Positions 28,882-41,848 are shown, counted from the first letter of the stretch. The stretch is 64,000 nt of DNA from Waddliaceae bacterium (GCA_002709385.1 PAQS01000031.1:7398-71397), one strand, 5' to 3'. A program made the numbers and translations. Notes: a model not told the origin generated them from the sequence alone.

Positions 28882-30102
28882 ATGTCTTTCTCCAATAAGT
28901 TCTTAGAGTTTTTTTCTGCGATTGCTTTAGCAACTCTTGCCATGGGATACGTACAAGCAAGCGAAGTGGATACAAATCAGAATTCTCCAAGCTCGATATC
29001 TGAAAGCAAAGAAATTTTAGAAAAAGGTCCTTTAATTCCTAAAGAACCTGCCCTTTCTGAATTAAAGCAAGTAGAAGAAAATGTTTCTGAAGAAGAAGAT
29101 TTTTCTGAAAATATGGAAGAAGAAACAGCGCTTCAAGATAAAGATGAAGAAGAAGAAACAAAAGACTCTGTGGAAGAAAATGGAGAAGATATCTCCTCTA
29201 ATGAGAACACAAATTTAGATCTTACTGAACAAGAAGATCTAACGAATAATTCACTAGAAATCGCTGAAAGTGAAAGTCAAGAAGTTCTTGAAACTGTTGA
29301 ATCTATACTTTCTTCAGAGATAAATTCTTCATCTGAACATTTAATTGCGATTAATGACAATAATACTCCTCAAGCAACTCAGGTTCTTGACCATTACCAC
29401 CAGCCTATTCAAGAAAAAAAACGAACAGATGGCTCTTATGAAGTCGTAAAAAAAAATAAAGAAAACCTTTTAGCTGGTTCTATTCTTTTTACCACTGATT
29501 ATCGTTTCCGTGGACTTACTCAAAGTGATGAAGAACCAGCCATTCAAGCAGAGCTTCATTATCTTCATGATTCAGGTGCTCATGTCGGATTCTGGGGGTC
29601 AAGTGTTGATTTTAACGATGGAGACGAAGCTCATGTAGAAATCGATGCAATTATTGGTTATGAATTTACTATCGAAGATTTTGATTTCGATGTGGGCTTT
29701 ATTTACTATCTTTATCCCGGAGCAATAAGTTCTTTAAATTATGATTACCCTGAGCTTTATGTAAGCGCACAATACCCTATATACGATGACCTAACAGTAG
29801 GTTTAAGTATGAGTTACTCTTGGGATTTTATAGGAAATACAGGAAACTGTTTCTATCCCCATGCAAACATTGAATGGACAATCAACGACTGGGCAAGTTT
29901 GTTTGCAGGACTAGGATATCAATTTCTTGAACAAGAAACCTCTCCTGGTCTACCTGATTATTTAAACTGGGAACTAGGTATCACTCTTACTCATGAGCAT
30001 TTAAGTGCTACACTTAAGTATGTAGATACAGACTTATCAGTAACAGAGTTTGCAGATGGAGCAGGCGCTGCGATTATCGGAGAACTTGGCTATTCTTTCT
30101 AG
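28882..30102 (+). CDS. TorF-family (TIGR02001-like) putative outer-membrane beta-barrel with acidic N-terminal extension
   Basis: Signal peptide; TDYRFRGLTQS...PAIQ, G.WGSSV, EID...GY, DVG..YY.YPG; terminal YSF beta-signal. Confidence 0.8.
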   Translation: MSFSNKFLEFFSAIALATLAMGYVQASEVDTNQNSPSSISESKEILEKGPLIPKEPALSELKQVEENVSEEEDFSENMEEETALQDKDEEEETKDSVEENGEDISSNENTNLDLTEQEDLTNNSLEIAESESQEVLETVESILSSEINSSSEHLIAINDNNTPQATQVLDHYHQPIQEKKRTDGSYEVVKKNKENLLAGSILFTTDYRFRGLTQSDEEPAIQAELHYLHDSGAHVGFWGSSVDFNDGDEAHVEIDAIIGYEFTIEDFDFDVGFIYYLYPGAISSLNYDYPELYVSAQYPIYDDLTVGLSMSYSWDFIGNTGNCFYPHANIEWTINDWASLFAGLGYQFLEQETSPGLPDYLNWELGITLTHEHLSATLKYVDTDLSVTEFADGAGAAIIGELGYSF

Positions 30103-30144
30103 TACCTCCAATAATGAGTAAGATTTCAGATTGTCTCACTAAAT

Positions 30145-30816
30145 TTAGTGAGACAATTTTGCAACGAGCTTTTTAATTCCTTCAAACATTCCTAAAAGAT
30201 TATCCGGCTCCATATAACAAGGAGTCGTATATACTCGATTTGTTTCATCTGCAACCATTTCCGTCACATCAGCTGATACAGCTTTTGCTCCCATTTCTTT
30301 AAGTTTAGCATTAAATTCTTCACTTTTTCCCAAGGTCATAGTGACCGAAGCATTTATAGAGGAAAATATTTTCGCTAAAGGTGCAGGAGTAATGCAAGTC
30401 GCTCCAATAGGTTTCTTTTGTTCGTAAAATTCCCTTACGATTCGTGATAAATCCCCATTTACGGAGCAATCAGTACCTTTCGCATAAAAGTCAGATAAGT
30501 TTTTTGCTGCTCCAAAACCACCAGGCATAAGTAGTGCATCAAATTTTTGCGCTGATAGTAAGGAGAGAGCTTGTACTCTTCCTCTTGCTATACGTGCTGA
30601 TTCTTCCAAAATATTTCGTGAATGAGATGCATCCTCTTTTTCGTTGAGGTGATTAATGACATCAGATTGTTTTTCATCAGGAGCAAAACATTCATAGCTG
30701 TATCCAGCTTGCTCTAAAGCCAAAAATGAAAGGACTGATTCATGTATTTCTGAACCATCAAGATAACCACAACCAGACAAAATTACTGCAACTTTAACCA
30801 TAAATTCATTCCTCAT
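30145..30816 (-). CDS. elbB: ElbB/ES1 glyoxalase (DJ-1/PfpI superfamily)
   Basis: AVILSGCGYLDGSEIHE, ESARIARG, PGGFGAAKNL, TTPCYM. Confidence 0.93.
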   Translation of the reverse strand: MRNEFMVKVAVILSGCGYLDGSEIHESVLSFLALEQAGYSYECFAPDEKQSDVINHLNEKEDASHSRNILEESARIARGRVQALSLLSAQKFDALLMPGGFGAAKNLSDFYAKGTDCSVNGDLSRIVREFYEQKKPIGATCITPAPLAKIFSSINASVTMTLGKSEEFNAKLKEMGAKAVSADVTEMVADETNRVYTTPCYMEPDNLLGMFEGIKKLVAKLSH

Positions 30817-30988
30817 TGTTCTACTTAATCAAGCTACAGGCTATCCGAAACAACGTTTTTGAACCAAATGATGAATAACAATTCCTATAAAGCTCCATAA
30901 AAATTCCTTATTTTCAAAGAAATGATAACAAACTATTTTCATTCAAAATACTTTCATGTAGTCTCTTGTCTTGTTTGCTGTTAACTAA

Positions 30989-33087
<2,099 letters not shown>

Positions 33088-33163
33088 CCAATGAATATTT
33101 TTCTAGACCTAGAAGATTAAGCTGCTAGAATAAGAAATACGAATAGATAAAAAATTACTTCAT

Positions 33164-34048
33164 TTGCCCATGTCCAATTCTAAACCTTTTTCAGAACTTA
33201 AACAGCGTCTGCTTATCAGCACTATACCTATCTCTATCGTGGTCATGGCTATTTGCCTTTCCCCTTATACTTTTTTTGCTCCATTTCTGAGCCTTACTGT
33301 GAGTACTCTCACAGCTGTGGGGATTTGGGAATTTTATCATATGAGTGAAACTAAAGGATTCACGCCAAACCTTTCTACGGGTTTTTTAGCTGCGTTTCTT
33401 ATTCCTTCCTCTTTCTATCTACTTGCACATTTCGATATAACATTTATAAATCCTTCTTCAGTTGGATTTTTTATTCTTTTTTTATTGTTTGTACAGGCGT
33501 GTAGAACTTTTGAAGGTGCTATTGCCAATCTTGCAATATCTATATTCGGTATCGTTTACGTTATACTTCCTCTCTCTTTGTTGTTACCGATTGTCTTTTC
33601 TCCTACCGTTCGAGAACATGCGGCTTGGTATCTCGCCTATATTCTTTGTGTAACGAAAATGACAGATACTGGTGCTTACTTCATAGGAAAAAAATACGGA
33701 AGAAACAAACTAGCTCCTGAACTGAGTCCTGGAAAGACTATTGAAGGAGCTATTGGAGGAACAGCTATTGCAGCTTTAGTAAGTATACTGCTGAAGCTTT
33801 CAAGCGATGCTTTTTCTCAAGAATCAGCATTCCACTTATCGGTTTTCGGAGCGTTACTTTTAGGGGCTGGAATTTCAGCTATTGGTCAAATTGGTGATTT
33901 GGCTGAATCTTTACTTAAGCGAGATGCTGGAATAAAAGATAGTAATCAGCTACCAGGTTTGGGTGGAGTTCTTGATATGACAGACTCTTTGATTTTTAGT
34001 ATTCCTGCATTTTACTTGGTTCTTGAGTATTACAACTATCAACTTTAG
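33164..34048 (+). CDS. cdsA: Phosphatidate cytidylyltransferase
   Basis: DTGAYFIG, SPGKTIEG, GDLAESLLKR..GIKDS..LPG.GG.LD..DS. Confidence 0.96.
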   Translation: MPMSNSKPFSELKQRLLISTIPISIVVMAICLSPYTFFAPFLSLTVSTLTAVGIWEFYHMSETKGFTPNLSTGFLAAFLIPSSFYLLAHFDITFINPSSVGFFILFLLFVQACRTFEGAIANLAISIFGIVYVILPLSLLLPIVFSPTVREHAAWYLAYILCVTKMTDTGAYFIGKKYGRNKLAPELSPGKTIEGAIGGTAIAALVSILLKLSSDAFSQESAFHLSVFGALLLGAGISAIGQIGDLAESLLKRDAGIKDSNQLPGLGGVLDMTDSLIFSIPAFYLVLEYYNYQL

Positions 34049-34119
34049 TTATGTTAGATTGACCTGGAGTCTTGTTCTTGTTAGACTTCAATCTTTATCT
34101 TTAAAAATGAGTTAGGTTA

Positions 34120-34794
34120 ATGATTGTAACAATAGATGGTCCTTCAGGTAGCGGAAAAGGAACAATTGCAAAACGACTTGCGAAAAGTCTACAATTTGTT
34201 TTCTTTGATACAGGAGCTATGTACCGAAGCTTTGCCTATGCCATTTTAAAAAAGAATATTTCTCTAAACGATGAAGAGGCTCTTCTTTCTCTTCTCAAAA
34301 ATTTTCCATTTCGTATTGAGCGTAACGGAGAATTTGAGCAGTACTATTTAAATGATGAAGATGTTACAGATTTGATTCGTAGCAGAGACGTTACTGTACA
34401 CTCTTCAAAAGTGGCTGTTTTACCTATAGTGAGAGAGGCTCTTGTTCATCTGCAAAGAAAGTTTGCAGAAGGCTGTGATGCTGTATTTGAAGGGCGAGAT
34501 ATGGGAACTGTTGTTTTTCCTAAAGCCGATTTTAAATTTTTTCTCACAGCATCTTCTGATGTTCGTGCTGAAAGAAGATACAAACAAATACTTTCTAAAG
34601 ACCCTTCTTTTATAGACAAAGTAACAGTAGAAGAAATAAAAAGAGATATAGAGCAAAGAGATACGCGTGATTCTTCTAGAGAACATTCTCCTTTAAGAAA
34701 AGCTTCTAATGCTCATGAAATTGATACATCAGATTTATCACCAGAAGAAGTTGAAGACTTGATGCTATCAATTATCAAAAGTTCAGCTAGATAA
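34120..34794 (+). CDS. cmk: Cytidylate kinase
   Basis: IDGPSGSGKGT, DTGAMYR, EGRDMGTVVFP. Confidence 0.97.
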   Translation: MIVTIDGPSGSGKGTIAKRLAKSLQFVFFDTGAMYRSFAYAILKKNISLNDEEALLSLLKNFPFRIERNGEFEQYYLNDEDVTDLIRSRDVTVHSSKVAVLPIVREALVHLQRKFAEGCDAVFEGRDMGTVVFPKADFKFFLTASSDVRAERRYKQILSKDPSFIDKVTVEEIKRDIEQRDTRDSSREHSPLRKASNAHEIDTSDLSPEEVEDLMLSIIKSSAR

Positions 34795-34813
34795 TAAATG
34801 CCAGGACCAACGA

Positions 34814-35455
34814 ATGAAACTTTCCTACCGTGCAATCCGATTCGCTTGCTGGCTCTGGTTCAGAGTATTACATCGACATAAGGTATATGGGCATAGCTAC
34901 CTTCCTAAAGGCCCTGCAATTATAGCTTCTAGCCATGCTTCTTTTTATGATCCATCTCTTCTTACAATTTCAACAAAAAGAGAGCTGCACTATCTAGCTC
35001 GTGAAACCTTATTTAGAAATTCTTTTTTCGGATGGTTAATTCGCTCACTAAATGCCCACCCTCTAAAATCTAAAGCAGGAAATTCTTCTACAGTGAAAAC
35101 TGCTGTAGGGGTCTTAGATCAGGGGCATTTACTCTTGGTATTTCCTGAAGGGAAACGTAGTTGGAAAGGAGATATTCTTCCTCTACAACCTGGTACAGCA
35201 ATGATAGCTTCTCTTTCTGGATATCCTGTAATTCCTGCCTATTTACCAGGTAGCTTTCAAGTTTGGCCAAGGCATAATAGTATACCAAAGTTATGGGGTC
35301 ATACTGCTTGTGTCTTTGGGACACCTCTTTATTGGGAAGATTATCAAGAGCTCAACCGCAAAGAAGCTCTTCGTACAATGACTGCTGATTTGGAAGAAGC
35401 GATTATTGATCTAAAACAGTGGTATGAAAAGGGGGCTATTGGCCAGCCCCCCTAA
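34814..35455 (+). CDS. plsC: 1-acyl-sn-glycerol-3-phosphate acyltransferase
   Basis: HASFYD (HxxxxD), FPEGKRS; follows cmk. Confidence 0.92.
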   Translation: MKLSYRAIRFACWLWFRVLHRHKVYGHSYLPKGPAIIASSHASFYDPSLLTISTKRELHYLARETLFRNSFFGWLIRSLNAHPLKSKAGNSSTVKTAVGVLDQGHLLLVFPEGKRSWKGDILPLQPGTAMIASLSGYPVIPAYLPGSFQVWPRHNSIPKLWGHTACVFGTPLYWEDYQELNRKEALRTMTADLEEAIIDLKQWYEKGAIGQPP

Positions 35456-35463
35456 ATTCTCAA

Positions 35464-36915
35464 CTATGCATTATAAGTAGATGAACTGATGTTACCGCCA
35501 GTTCCTGTCCAATTTGTATGGAAAAATTCTCCTCTTGGCTTATCTACTCTTTCGTATGTATGAGCACCGAAAAAGTCACGCTGTGCTTGCAAGAGATTCG
35601 CTGGTAAGCGGTCCGAACGATACCCATCAAAAAATGCTAAAGCGGTTCCAAAACATGGAGTAGAAATTCCCCATTCTACAGCTTTCGCTACAGTTTTTCT
35701 CCACCCTGATTGAGCAGACATGATTTCGTTCTTAAAGAAATCATCCATTAATAAATTGCTGAGTGATGGATTTTTATCAAAAGCTTCTTTGATTTGTCCC
35801 AAGAAACCACTTCGAATGATACAACCTCCACGCCACATTAGAGCAACGCTACCGAAGTTTAATTCCCATCCATAATGCTTCGCAGCAGCAGCCATGAGCA
35901 TAAAGCCTTGAGCATAGGATACAACTTTAGAAGCATAAAGAGCGTTTCTTAGATAATCAATCCACTCTGCTTTATCACCGTCAAAAGAAGGGACTGGTCC
36001 TGCCAACATGTGGCTTGCTTCTACTCTTTCTTCTTTTAAAGAAGATAAATAGCGAGCAAAAACAGCTTCTCCTATCAGTGTTAAAGGCATTCCTAATTGC
36101 AATGCATTAATACCTGTCCATTTACCTGTACCTTTTTGTCCTGCTACATCAAGAATTTTTTCTACAAGAGGACTACCATCTGTATCATTGCAAGTAAAAA
36201 TATGGCTAGTAATTTCAATAAGATAGGAATCTAATTCTCTTTCATTCCAATCTTTGAATACATCATGTAATTCTTTTGCACTGAGTCCCATACCCGTTTT
36301 CATGAAGTTGTACGCTTCACAAATTAGCTGCATATCACCGTATTCGATTCCATTATGAACCATTTTCACATAGTGGCCAGATCCTGCATCTCCAACCCAG
36401 TCACAGCAAGGATCGCCATTATCAGCTTTTGCACAGATAGCCTGGAAAATAGGTTTTACATGTTCCCAGCCTTTTTTATTTCCACCAGGCATGATTGAAG
36501 GACCATAGCGAGCACCTTCTTCTCCACCAGAAACTCCAGCACCAATAAAATAAATTCCCTTGTTCTCAAGTTCTTCACAGCGACGGCTACTATCTTCATA
36601 GTGGCTATTTCCACCATCGATAAAAATATCACCTTCTTCCATGAAGGGTAGGCAACTTTCAATCAACGCATCAACAGGATCACCAGCACGAACCATTACC
36701 ATGACACGTCTTGGTCTCTTTAAAGTGGCAAAAAACTCTTCTAAAGAACGAGCTCCTACTACTTTTGTTCCTTTTGCTGGGCCTTCTATAAAAGCATCTA
36801 CTTTAGCTGGAGTACGATTATACACCGCAACAGTGAATCCATGATCATCCATGTTGAGCACTAAGTTTTGTCCCATCACGGCCAGGCCAATCAACCCTAT
36901 ATCAGCTTCCTGCAT
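35464..36915 (-). CDS. gnd: 6-phosphogluconate dehydrogenase, decarboxylating
   Basis: IGLIGLAVMGQN, GVSGGEEGA, VKMVHNGIEYGDMQ, QAQRDFFGAHTYER; probable ATG 36915 (ORF open to 36936). Confidence 0.98.
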   Translation of the reverse strand: MQEADIGLIGLAVMGQNLVLNMDDHGFTVAVYNRTPAKVDAFIEGPAKGTKVVGARSLEEFFATLKRPRRVMVMVRAGDPVDALIESCLPFMEEGDIFIDGGNSHYEDSSRRCEELENKGIYFIGAGVSGGEEGARYGPSIMPGGNKKGWEHVKPIFQAICAKADNGDPCCDWVGDAGSGHYVKMVHNGIEYGDMQLICEAYNFMKTGMGLSAKELHDVFKDWNERELDSYLIEITSHIFTCNDTDGSPLVEKILDVAGQKGTGKWTGINALQLGMPLTLIGEAVFARYLSSLKEERVEASHMLAGPVPSFDGDKAEWIDYLRNALYASKVVSYAQGFMLMAAAAKHYGWELNFGSVALMWRGGCIIRSGFLGQIKEAFDKNPSLSNLLMDDFFKNEIMSAQSGWRKTVAKAVEWGISTPCFGTALAFFDGYRSDRLPANLLQAQRDFFGAHTYERVDKPRGEFFHTNWTGTGGNISSSTYNA

Positions 36916-37101
36916 AGTTCCTTCCTTATACATCATTGTTTCCGACGCTTAATTTGATTAAACAAATACAAGCCTCTTAGAATAAATAAAATAGTAAGTA
37001 ATTCTCTAGATTAACTTCAATGTAAACAATAGAAGTATTAATTTGAAGCTTGGAAATGAATTGGAGAAAAATACTTAGATCACCTATGCTGAGACTTCTT
37101 T

Positions 37102-37175
37102 GTCCTCGTAGCTCAGCTGGATAGAGCGATTGCCTCCTAAGCAATAGGCCGCGCGTTCGAATCGCGCCGAGGACA
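37102..37175 (+). tRNA. tRNA-Arg (anticodon CCT)
   Basis: Acceptor stem GTCCTCG/CGAGGAC, D-arm AGCTCAGCTGGATAGAGC, anticodon arm ATTGC-CTCCTAA-GCAAT, T-arm GCGCG-TTCGAAT-CGCGC; CCA not encoded. Confidence 0.96.
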
Positions 37176-37183
37176 TAACTTTT

Positions 37184-37933
37184 CTAGTATACTTCTTGTA
37201 CGTATCTATCTATTCCCAAAGCAATTCCTTTAGCTAAGCTTTTCAGATACTTAGAGTCTTCAATTTTTTTCATTTCAGCTTCATTTGTTAAAAACCCAGC
37301 TTCAATCAACACTGCTGCCATATCTGTTTCACGAATCACGGCAAAATTTCCTTTTTTTACTCCTCGTGAGCGTGCTTTTGTTGCATCAATCAAATGATCT
37401 AAAACACTTGTTGCAAGTAGCTTTGACCTAAGTCTTCTCTGCTCATCTGTTTTACTATCATAGTAAAATACTTCAATTCCATGAGCTTGACGATTAGGTG
37501 CAGAGTTGTAATGTATCGATACAAAAAGATGAGCTTTTTTACTATTTGCCATCCGTGCTCTTTCTTGTAGAGGAATAAACTCATCACTTCTACGAGTAAG
37601 AACAGGTTGATAACCTAAGCGGCTTAAATAACTTTTCACCATGAATGTGGTAGATAGTGCCAGATATTTTTCATGAAAACGTGGTCTACCTAAGGAATGG
37701 GTTCCATAGTCTTGTCCCCCATGTCCTGCATCCAATACAATACGAACTTGGCGTTTAGAATGAACGCGTTTTTCAGCCTCACTTAGACCTATATACCCTG
37801 CATCATATACAGTATGGTCACCACTAATTCCTTTAGAACGACTACAACTACTAAGACCAGCAACGAGCAAAGCGCTAAAGAAAATAGTTTTTAAGTAGTA
37901 ATGAATCAATACTTTCATAAGCCTACATATCAT
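37184..37933 (-). CDS. amiA: N-acetylmuramoyl-L-alanine amidase (Amidase_3)
   Basis: LDAGHGG.D, LTR..D....L..R, FVSIHYN, VLIEAGFLTN; lipobox-like LSSC. Confidence 0.93.
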   Translation of the reverse strand: MICRLMKVLIHYYLKTIFFSALLVAGLSSCSRSKGISGDHTVYDAGYIGLSEAEKRVHSKRQVRIVLDAGHGGQDYGTHSLGRPRFHEKYLALSTTFMVKSYLSRLGYQPVLTRRSDEFIPLQERARMANSKKAHLFVSIHYNSAPNRQAHGIEVFYYDSKTDEQRRLRSKLLATSVLDHLIDATKARSRGVKKGNFAVIRETDMAAVLIEAGFLTNEAEMKKIEDSKYLKSLAKGIALGIDRYVQEVY

Positions 37934-37963
37934 ATGGGATCATTCAATATCGTAACTTAACAA

Positions 37964-39448
37964 TCATGCATGTATTTTTTCCGCACACAATTCAGCAGCT
38001 ATTTTTTGGTCATTGAATTCAATTGTTCTATGAGCAAACTGTTGGTACGTTTCATGTCCTTTTCCAGCAATAAGGATCATATCTCCTTCTTCTGCAAGAT
38101 CTAAAGCACGACGAATAGCGAGGCGGCGATCTACCTCAACCTCAAAATCTTTACCTTCAAACCCTGTAAGAACCTCATCACAAATTGCTTGTGGATTTTC
38201 GGAACGTGGATTATCTGAAGTTAGAATAACATAGTCAGATCCCTCTTCAGCAGCTTTTCCCATTAGAGGTCTTTTACTACGATCTCGGTCTCCACCACAG
38301 CCAAAAACTGTGATCAACTTGCGAGACTTTAATTCAGAGAGACAGCGTAAAACATTTCGAAGTGCATCTTCTGTATGAGCAAAATCTACATATATCTTTA
38401 TTCCAAGATCATTATCAACAGTATTGAGACGACCAGCTACTAAAGGAGAAGTTTTAAGAACACTTAATATTTTAGGTAGCTTTATTCCATAACATAATCC
38501 AGCTGAAATAACGCCTAATAAATTATAGATATTGAAGCGTCCAACTAAGTTCCATGAAAATGGATAAACTTCTCCCTTATACAAGATCTCACACTCTGAC
38601 CCTGCGCCCGTTAAAACTAAATTTCGAGCCTGGAGGTCAGCTTCTTCATCAATAGCAAAAGTAAATACTGTTGCAGGACAATTTTCCAAAACCTTTTTAC
38701 ACCAAGGAGAATCTTTATTGACTACAGCAACTCCACTCTTAGGATCTAAACCAGAAAATAAGCTAGCCTTAGATTCTGCATATGCTTCCATATTGCCATG
38801 GTAATCGAGGTGGTCCTGCGTTAAATTAGCAAAAATTGCCACGTTAAACTGAATACCTTCAACACGGCCTTGGCAGAGAGCGTGTGAAGTAACTTCCATC
38901 ACAGCTGCTTCACATGTTTCATGAATCATTTCACGCAAGAGCTTTTGATTCGTGATAACATCAGGAGTGGTGTGTGTTGCTTCATAACGATGAGAACCAA
39001 CAAGATACTCTACTGATCCAATCAAACCACATGGCTTATCTATAGAATCAAACAAATATTTAATTAAATATGCTGATGTCGTTTTCCCATTCGTTCCTGT
39101 TATACCGACAGTAAACAGGCTTTCACTTGGGGAATCATAAAAAATCTTGGCTAGGTCTCCCTCAATACTCGCTACATCTGGATGAATAACTTGAGTAACA
39201 TCCTTGCTAAGAAAGGGATCATAAAGATCGGTTAGTACAGCAACAGCTCCCGCTGAAACAGCTTCAGAAATGAACTCAGCACCATCATAGTGCCCGCCTT
39301 TCTTTGCGATAAAAAGATTACCAGGAACAACAAGTTTAGAGTTTGCACAGAGTCCTGTTATTTCAACCTCTTTAGAGCCTTTTATCGATTCAATCGATAG
39401 ATCTCTAAAAAGTTTTTTTAGCTTCATTCTATTAGGAAAGTTCTTCAT
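37964..39448 (-). CDS. murE: UDP-MurNAc-tripeptide synthetase (meso-DAP type)
   Basis: GITGTNGKTT, MEVTSH, NLTQDHLDYHG, DFAHT, DNPR (DAP-specificity motif), AGKGHE. Confidence 0.97.
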   Translation of the reverse strand: MKNFPNRMKLKKLFRDLSIESIKGSKEVEITGLCANSKLVVPGNLFIAKKGGHYDGAEFISEAVSAGAVAVLTDLYDPFLSKDVTQVIHPDVASIEGDLAKIFYDSPSESLFTVGITGTNGKTTSAYLIKYLFDSIDKPCGLIGSVEYLVGSHRYEATHTTPDVITNQKLLREMIHETCEAAVMEVTSHALCQGRVEGIQFNVAIFANLTQDHLDYHGNMEAYAESKASLFSGLDPKSGVAVVNKDSPWCKKVLENCPATVFTFAIDEEADLQARNLVLTGAGSECEILYKGEVYPFSWNLVGRFNIYNLLGVISAGLCYGIKLPKILSVLKTSPLVAGRLNTVDNDLGIKIYVDFAHTEDALRNVLRCLSELKSRKLITVFGCGGDRDRSKRPLMGKAAEEGSDYVILTSDNPRSENPQAICDEVLTGFEGKDFEVEVDRRLAIRRALDLAEEGDMILIAGKGHETYQQFAHRTIEFNDQKIAAELCAEKIHA

Positions 39449-39540
39449 TTGTACACCTGTTTATTCACATGGTACATACGCGAGGCTGAAGATCCTTCCT
39501 CCACGTACATTATCGCAGCTTATGTAGGAACCAATTATTT

Positions 39541-41535
39541 TTATATAGCTGACTCAGTATTCCAATCTTTAAATAATTGATTTAATCGTTCTACTTCTTG
39601 TAACCAACTCGCACGCTCAACATCTCTTGCTGGGCTACCAGGAACTTTATCTGGTTCTACTCCTAAGTATTCCAAAGATCGCCTAGCTATACGACGAAAC
39701 ACAGGGGCTGCTGCTGTGCCTCCATGGTGACGATACCCTACCCCTGGAATAAAGCCCACCTTTGGCTCGTCTATTAAGACAATCATAACAAACCTAGGAT
39801 TATAAGCCGGAGCATACCCTATATAAGAAGCCCTATGTTTTTTCCGTGTATATACTCCCCCTTCAACCTTACGAGAAGTACCACTTTTCCCAGCTGCACT
39901 GTAAGCTCCTAATTCGGAATAACGCCCTTCACTAGCATAAAGTAGGGCTTTTCGTAACTCTCTAATCACCTCGGGTTGCAAAAGAGGTTCATTTTGTCTT
40001 AACGCACACTTATTTCTACGGTTACTCTCTAACCCACGGCCATCTTTTCGGTCTATACCTCGAACTAAAGTAGGTTGCACCTGATAACCACCATTCGCTA
40101 CTATGGCAAAGGCCTTCAATGCCTGAATACTATTTACCTGGATATTATACCCCATAGCCAGTGAATAAGGTGTAGGGACAGACCACTCTAATTTGCCGTT
40201 CGGATGATAGCGACCAGGCTTGGGCACTAAACCTGAACTTTCAGCAGGTAGTTCAATACCTGTTTTGAATCCGAAGCCCAATGTATCAACCAGTATACTA
40301 CGATACCACTCACTGCCGAGCCTTTCAACAACTCTTTGAATTAAACGCCCCACATATATATTCGATGACTTCTGTAAAGCGTGGTACATATTCATATATT
40401 TATAGCGACGTACATCTTTTATCTCAGTTCGTCTACCAGGAAAAAAACCATTCGATATATCAATTTGTTCTTCTGGAGTAAATAAAGCTTCTTCACCCCG
40501 AGCTTGTAGTATTTGATTAGCTTGCAAGGCAATGGCTAAAGTTAAAGGTTTAAGAGTAGAGCCTGGCTCATACATATCACTGACAGCTCTAACCTTTGTT
40601 TCCTCTATTCTTTCCAAATTATTGAAATATTCTTGATAATTAGGTGGGAAAAAAAATGGATACTGAGCTAAAGCCCAAATTTCACCCGAATGGGGTTCCA
40701 TCATCACAGCCCACCCACCTTTTGCTTCAGAAATTTCTACAGCTCTTTTTAGCTCTTCCTCAGCAATCGTCTGCAAATTATGATTAATCGTTAGATAAAT
40801 ATCTGCGCCGTCTTTAGGCTCTTTTACTAAATTCCCTAATTCAAAATAATTTCTTGGAGAACGTAATAAGCGCCGAAGACCTTGCTCTCCCTTTAAATCA
40901 CTATTGAAATAAAGCTCTAAACCACCAGTTGGAATCGCTTGCAAAGTTTCTTCATCTTTTAAATCTCTTATTGTATGTAAGACTTGTCCAGCTAATTTCC
41001 CGAATGGATACGAGCGTAAATAATCTTTTACAAAATAGATTGCGTTGGCAGGTATTTTTTTCTTTCGAATATAGGGCTGCCACCATTGTAAGATTTTTTG
41101 GCGCGTCTTAGGGCTTAACCAGCGAACTAAGCGTCTACTTCTGCTTTTTTTTTCAAATTGTTCTCGAAACTCATCTTCTTTATCAGAGCTCAAATTCACA
41201 ATTTCTATCAATTTCTCCGAAATGAAATCTCGCTCATTAACAGGAATACCTTTAGGGTCTACATACAAATGATACTTAGGAATATCTACTGCGAAAGCTT
41301 GAGGACTTTCCGGGTGCCCTCTCTCAATAAACGTATTAGAATAAAACGTTCCTCTCCGAAACGCTTCTTTGACAGTGAAATAATGCTGGCTCTCAGCCCG
41401 TTTTTTCCACTTGTCTTCTTGGATAACCTGCACATGATAAAACTGTAAAATAAGCAAAGAAAATAGCGTAAGCAAACACAAAGTCAAAATGAGTAAGCGT
41501 TTTTTATCAGCTTTAAATTGCAGGTTCTTTGTCAT
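39541..41535 (-). CDS. ftsI: Class B penicillin-binding protein PBP3/FtsI
   Basis: N-terminal TM; RSYPFG, GGLE; EPGSTLKP (SxxK), KSSN (SxN), GKSGT. Confidence 0.93.
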   Translation of the reverse strand: MTKNLQFKADKKRLLILTLCLLTLFSLLILQFYHVQVIQEDKWKKRAESQHYFTVKEAFRRGTFYSNTFIERGHPESPQAFAVDIPKYHLYVDPKGIPVNERDFISEKLIEIVNLSSDKEDEFREQFEKKSRSRRLVRWLSPKTRQKILQWWQPYIRKKKIPANAIYFVKDYLRSYPFGKLAGQVLHTIRDLKDEETLQAIPTGGLELYFNSDLKGEQGLRRLLRSPRNYFELGNLVKEPKDGADIYLTINHNLQTIAEEELKRAVEISEAKGGWAVMMEPHSGEIWALAQYPFFFPPNYQEYFNNLERIEETKVRAVSDMYEPGSTLKPLTLAIALQANQILQARGEEALFTPEEQIDISNGFFPGRRTEIKDVRRYKYMNMYHALQKSSNIYVGRLIQRVVERLGSEWYRSILVDTLGFGFKTGIELPAESSGLVPKPGRYHPNGKLEWSVPTPYSLAMGYNIQVNSIQALKAFAIVANGGYQVQPTLVRGIDRKDGRGLESNRRNKCALRQNEPLLQPEVIRELRKALLYASEGRYSELGAYSAAGKSGTSRKVEGGVYTRKKHRASYIGYAPAYNPRFVMIVLIDEPKVGFIPGVGYRHHGGTAAAPVFRRIARRSLEYLGVEPDKVPGSPARDVERASWLQEVERLNQLFKDWNTESAI

Positions 41536-41540
41536 TTATT

Positions 41541-41837
41541 TCACGATTTTTCTGGCTCTATTTCTGGTGCATATAAAACAGTAATTTCTTTCATTTGCGG
41601 ATAACTTAAATGGCCATACTCAGGTTTTCGACGTAGCTGCATAAGATGAATCGGCCTCTCAAAAGAATCCACTTCATATTGTAACTCTGTCAAAACCTGC
41701 TCTAATTCTCGCAACTCTTTGTTTCTTTCGGGTATTTTGCGACGCAGCTCAATCACTATATTTTGTTGGGCAATATACAAAGCCAAACTAATTCCAGCAA
41801 AAGCAATACAAATGCAAACTCGAAAAAACGATGCCAT
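41541..41837 (-). CDS. ftsL: Cell division protein FtsL-like
   Basis: 98 aa, TM followed by a coiled coil; lies between rsmH and ftsI. Confidence 0.65.
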   Translation of the reverse strand: MASFFRVCICIAFAGISLALYIAQQNIVIELRRKIPERNKELRELEQVLTELQYEVDSFERPIHLMQLRRKPEYGHLSYPQMKEITVLYAPEIEPEKS

Positions 41838-41848
41838 ATTTGATTCCG

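Noticed and set aside
37102-37175. tRNA-Arg as an island integration site
   Set aside because: Flanked directly by core genes; no integrase or duplicated tRNA 3' end noticed.
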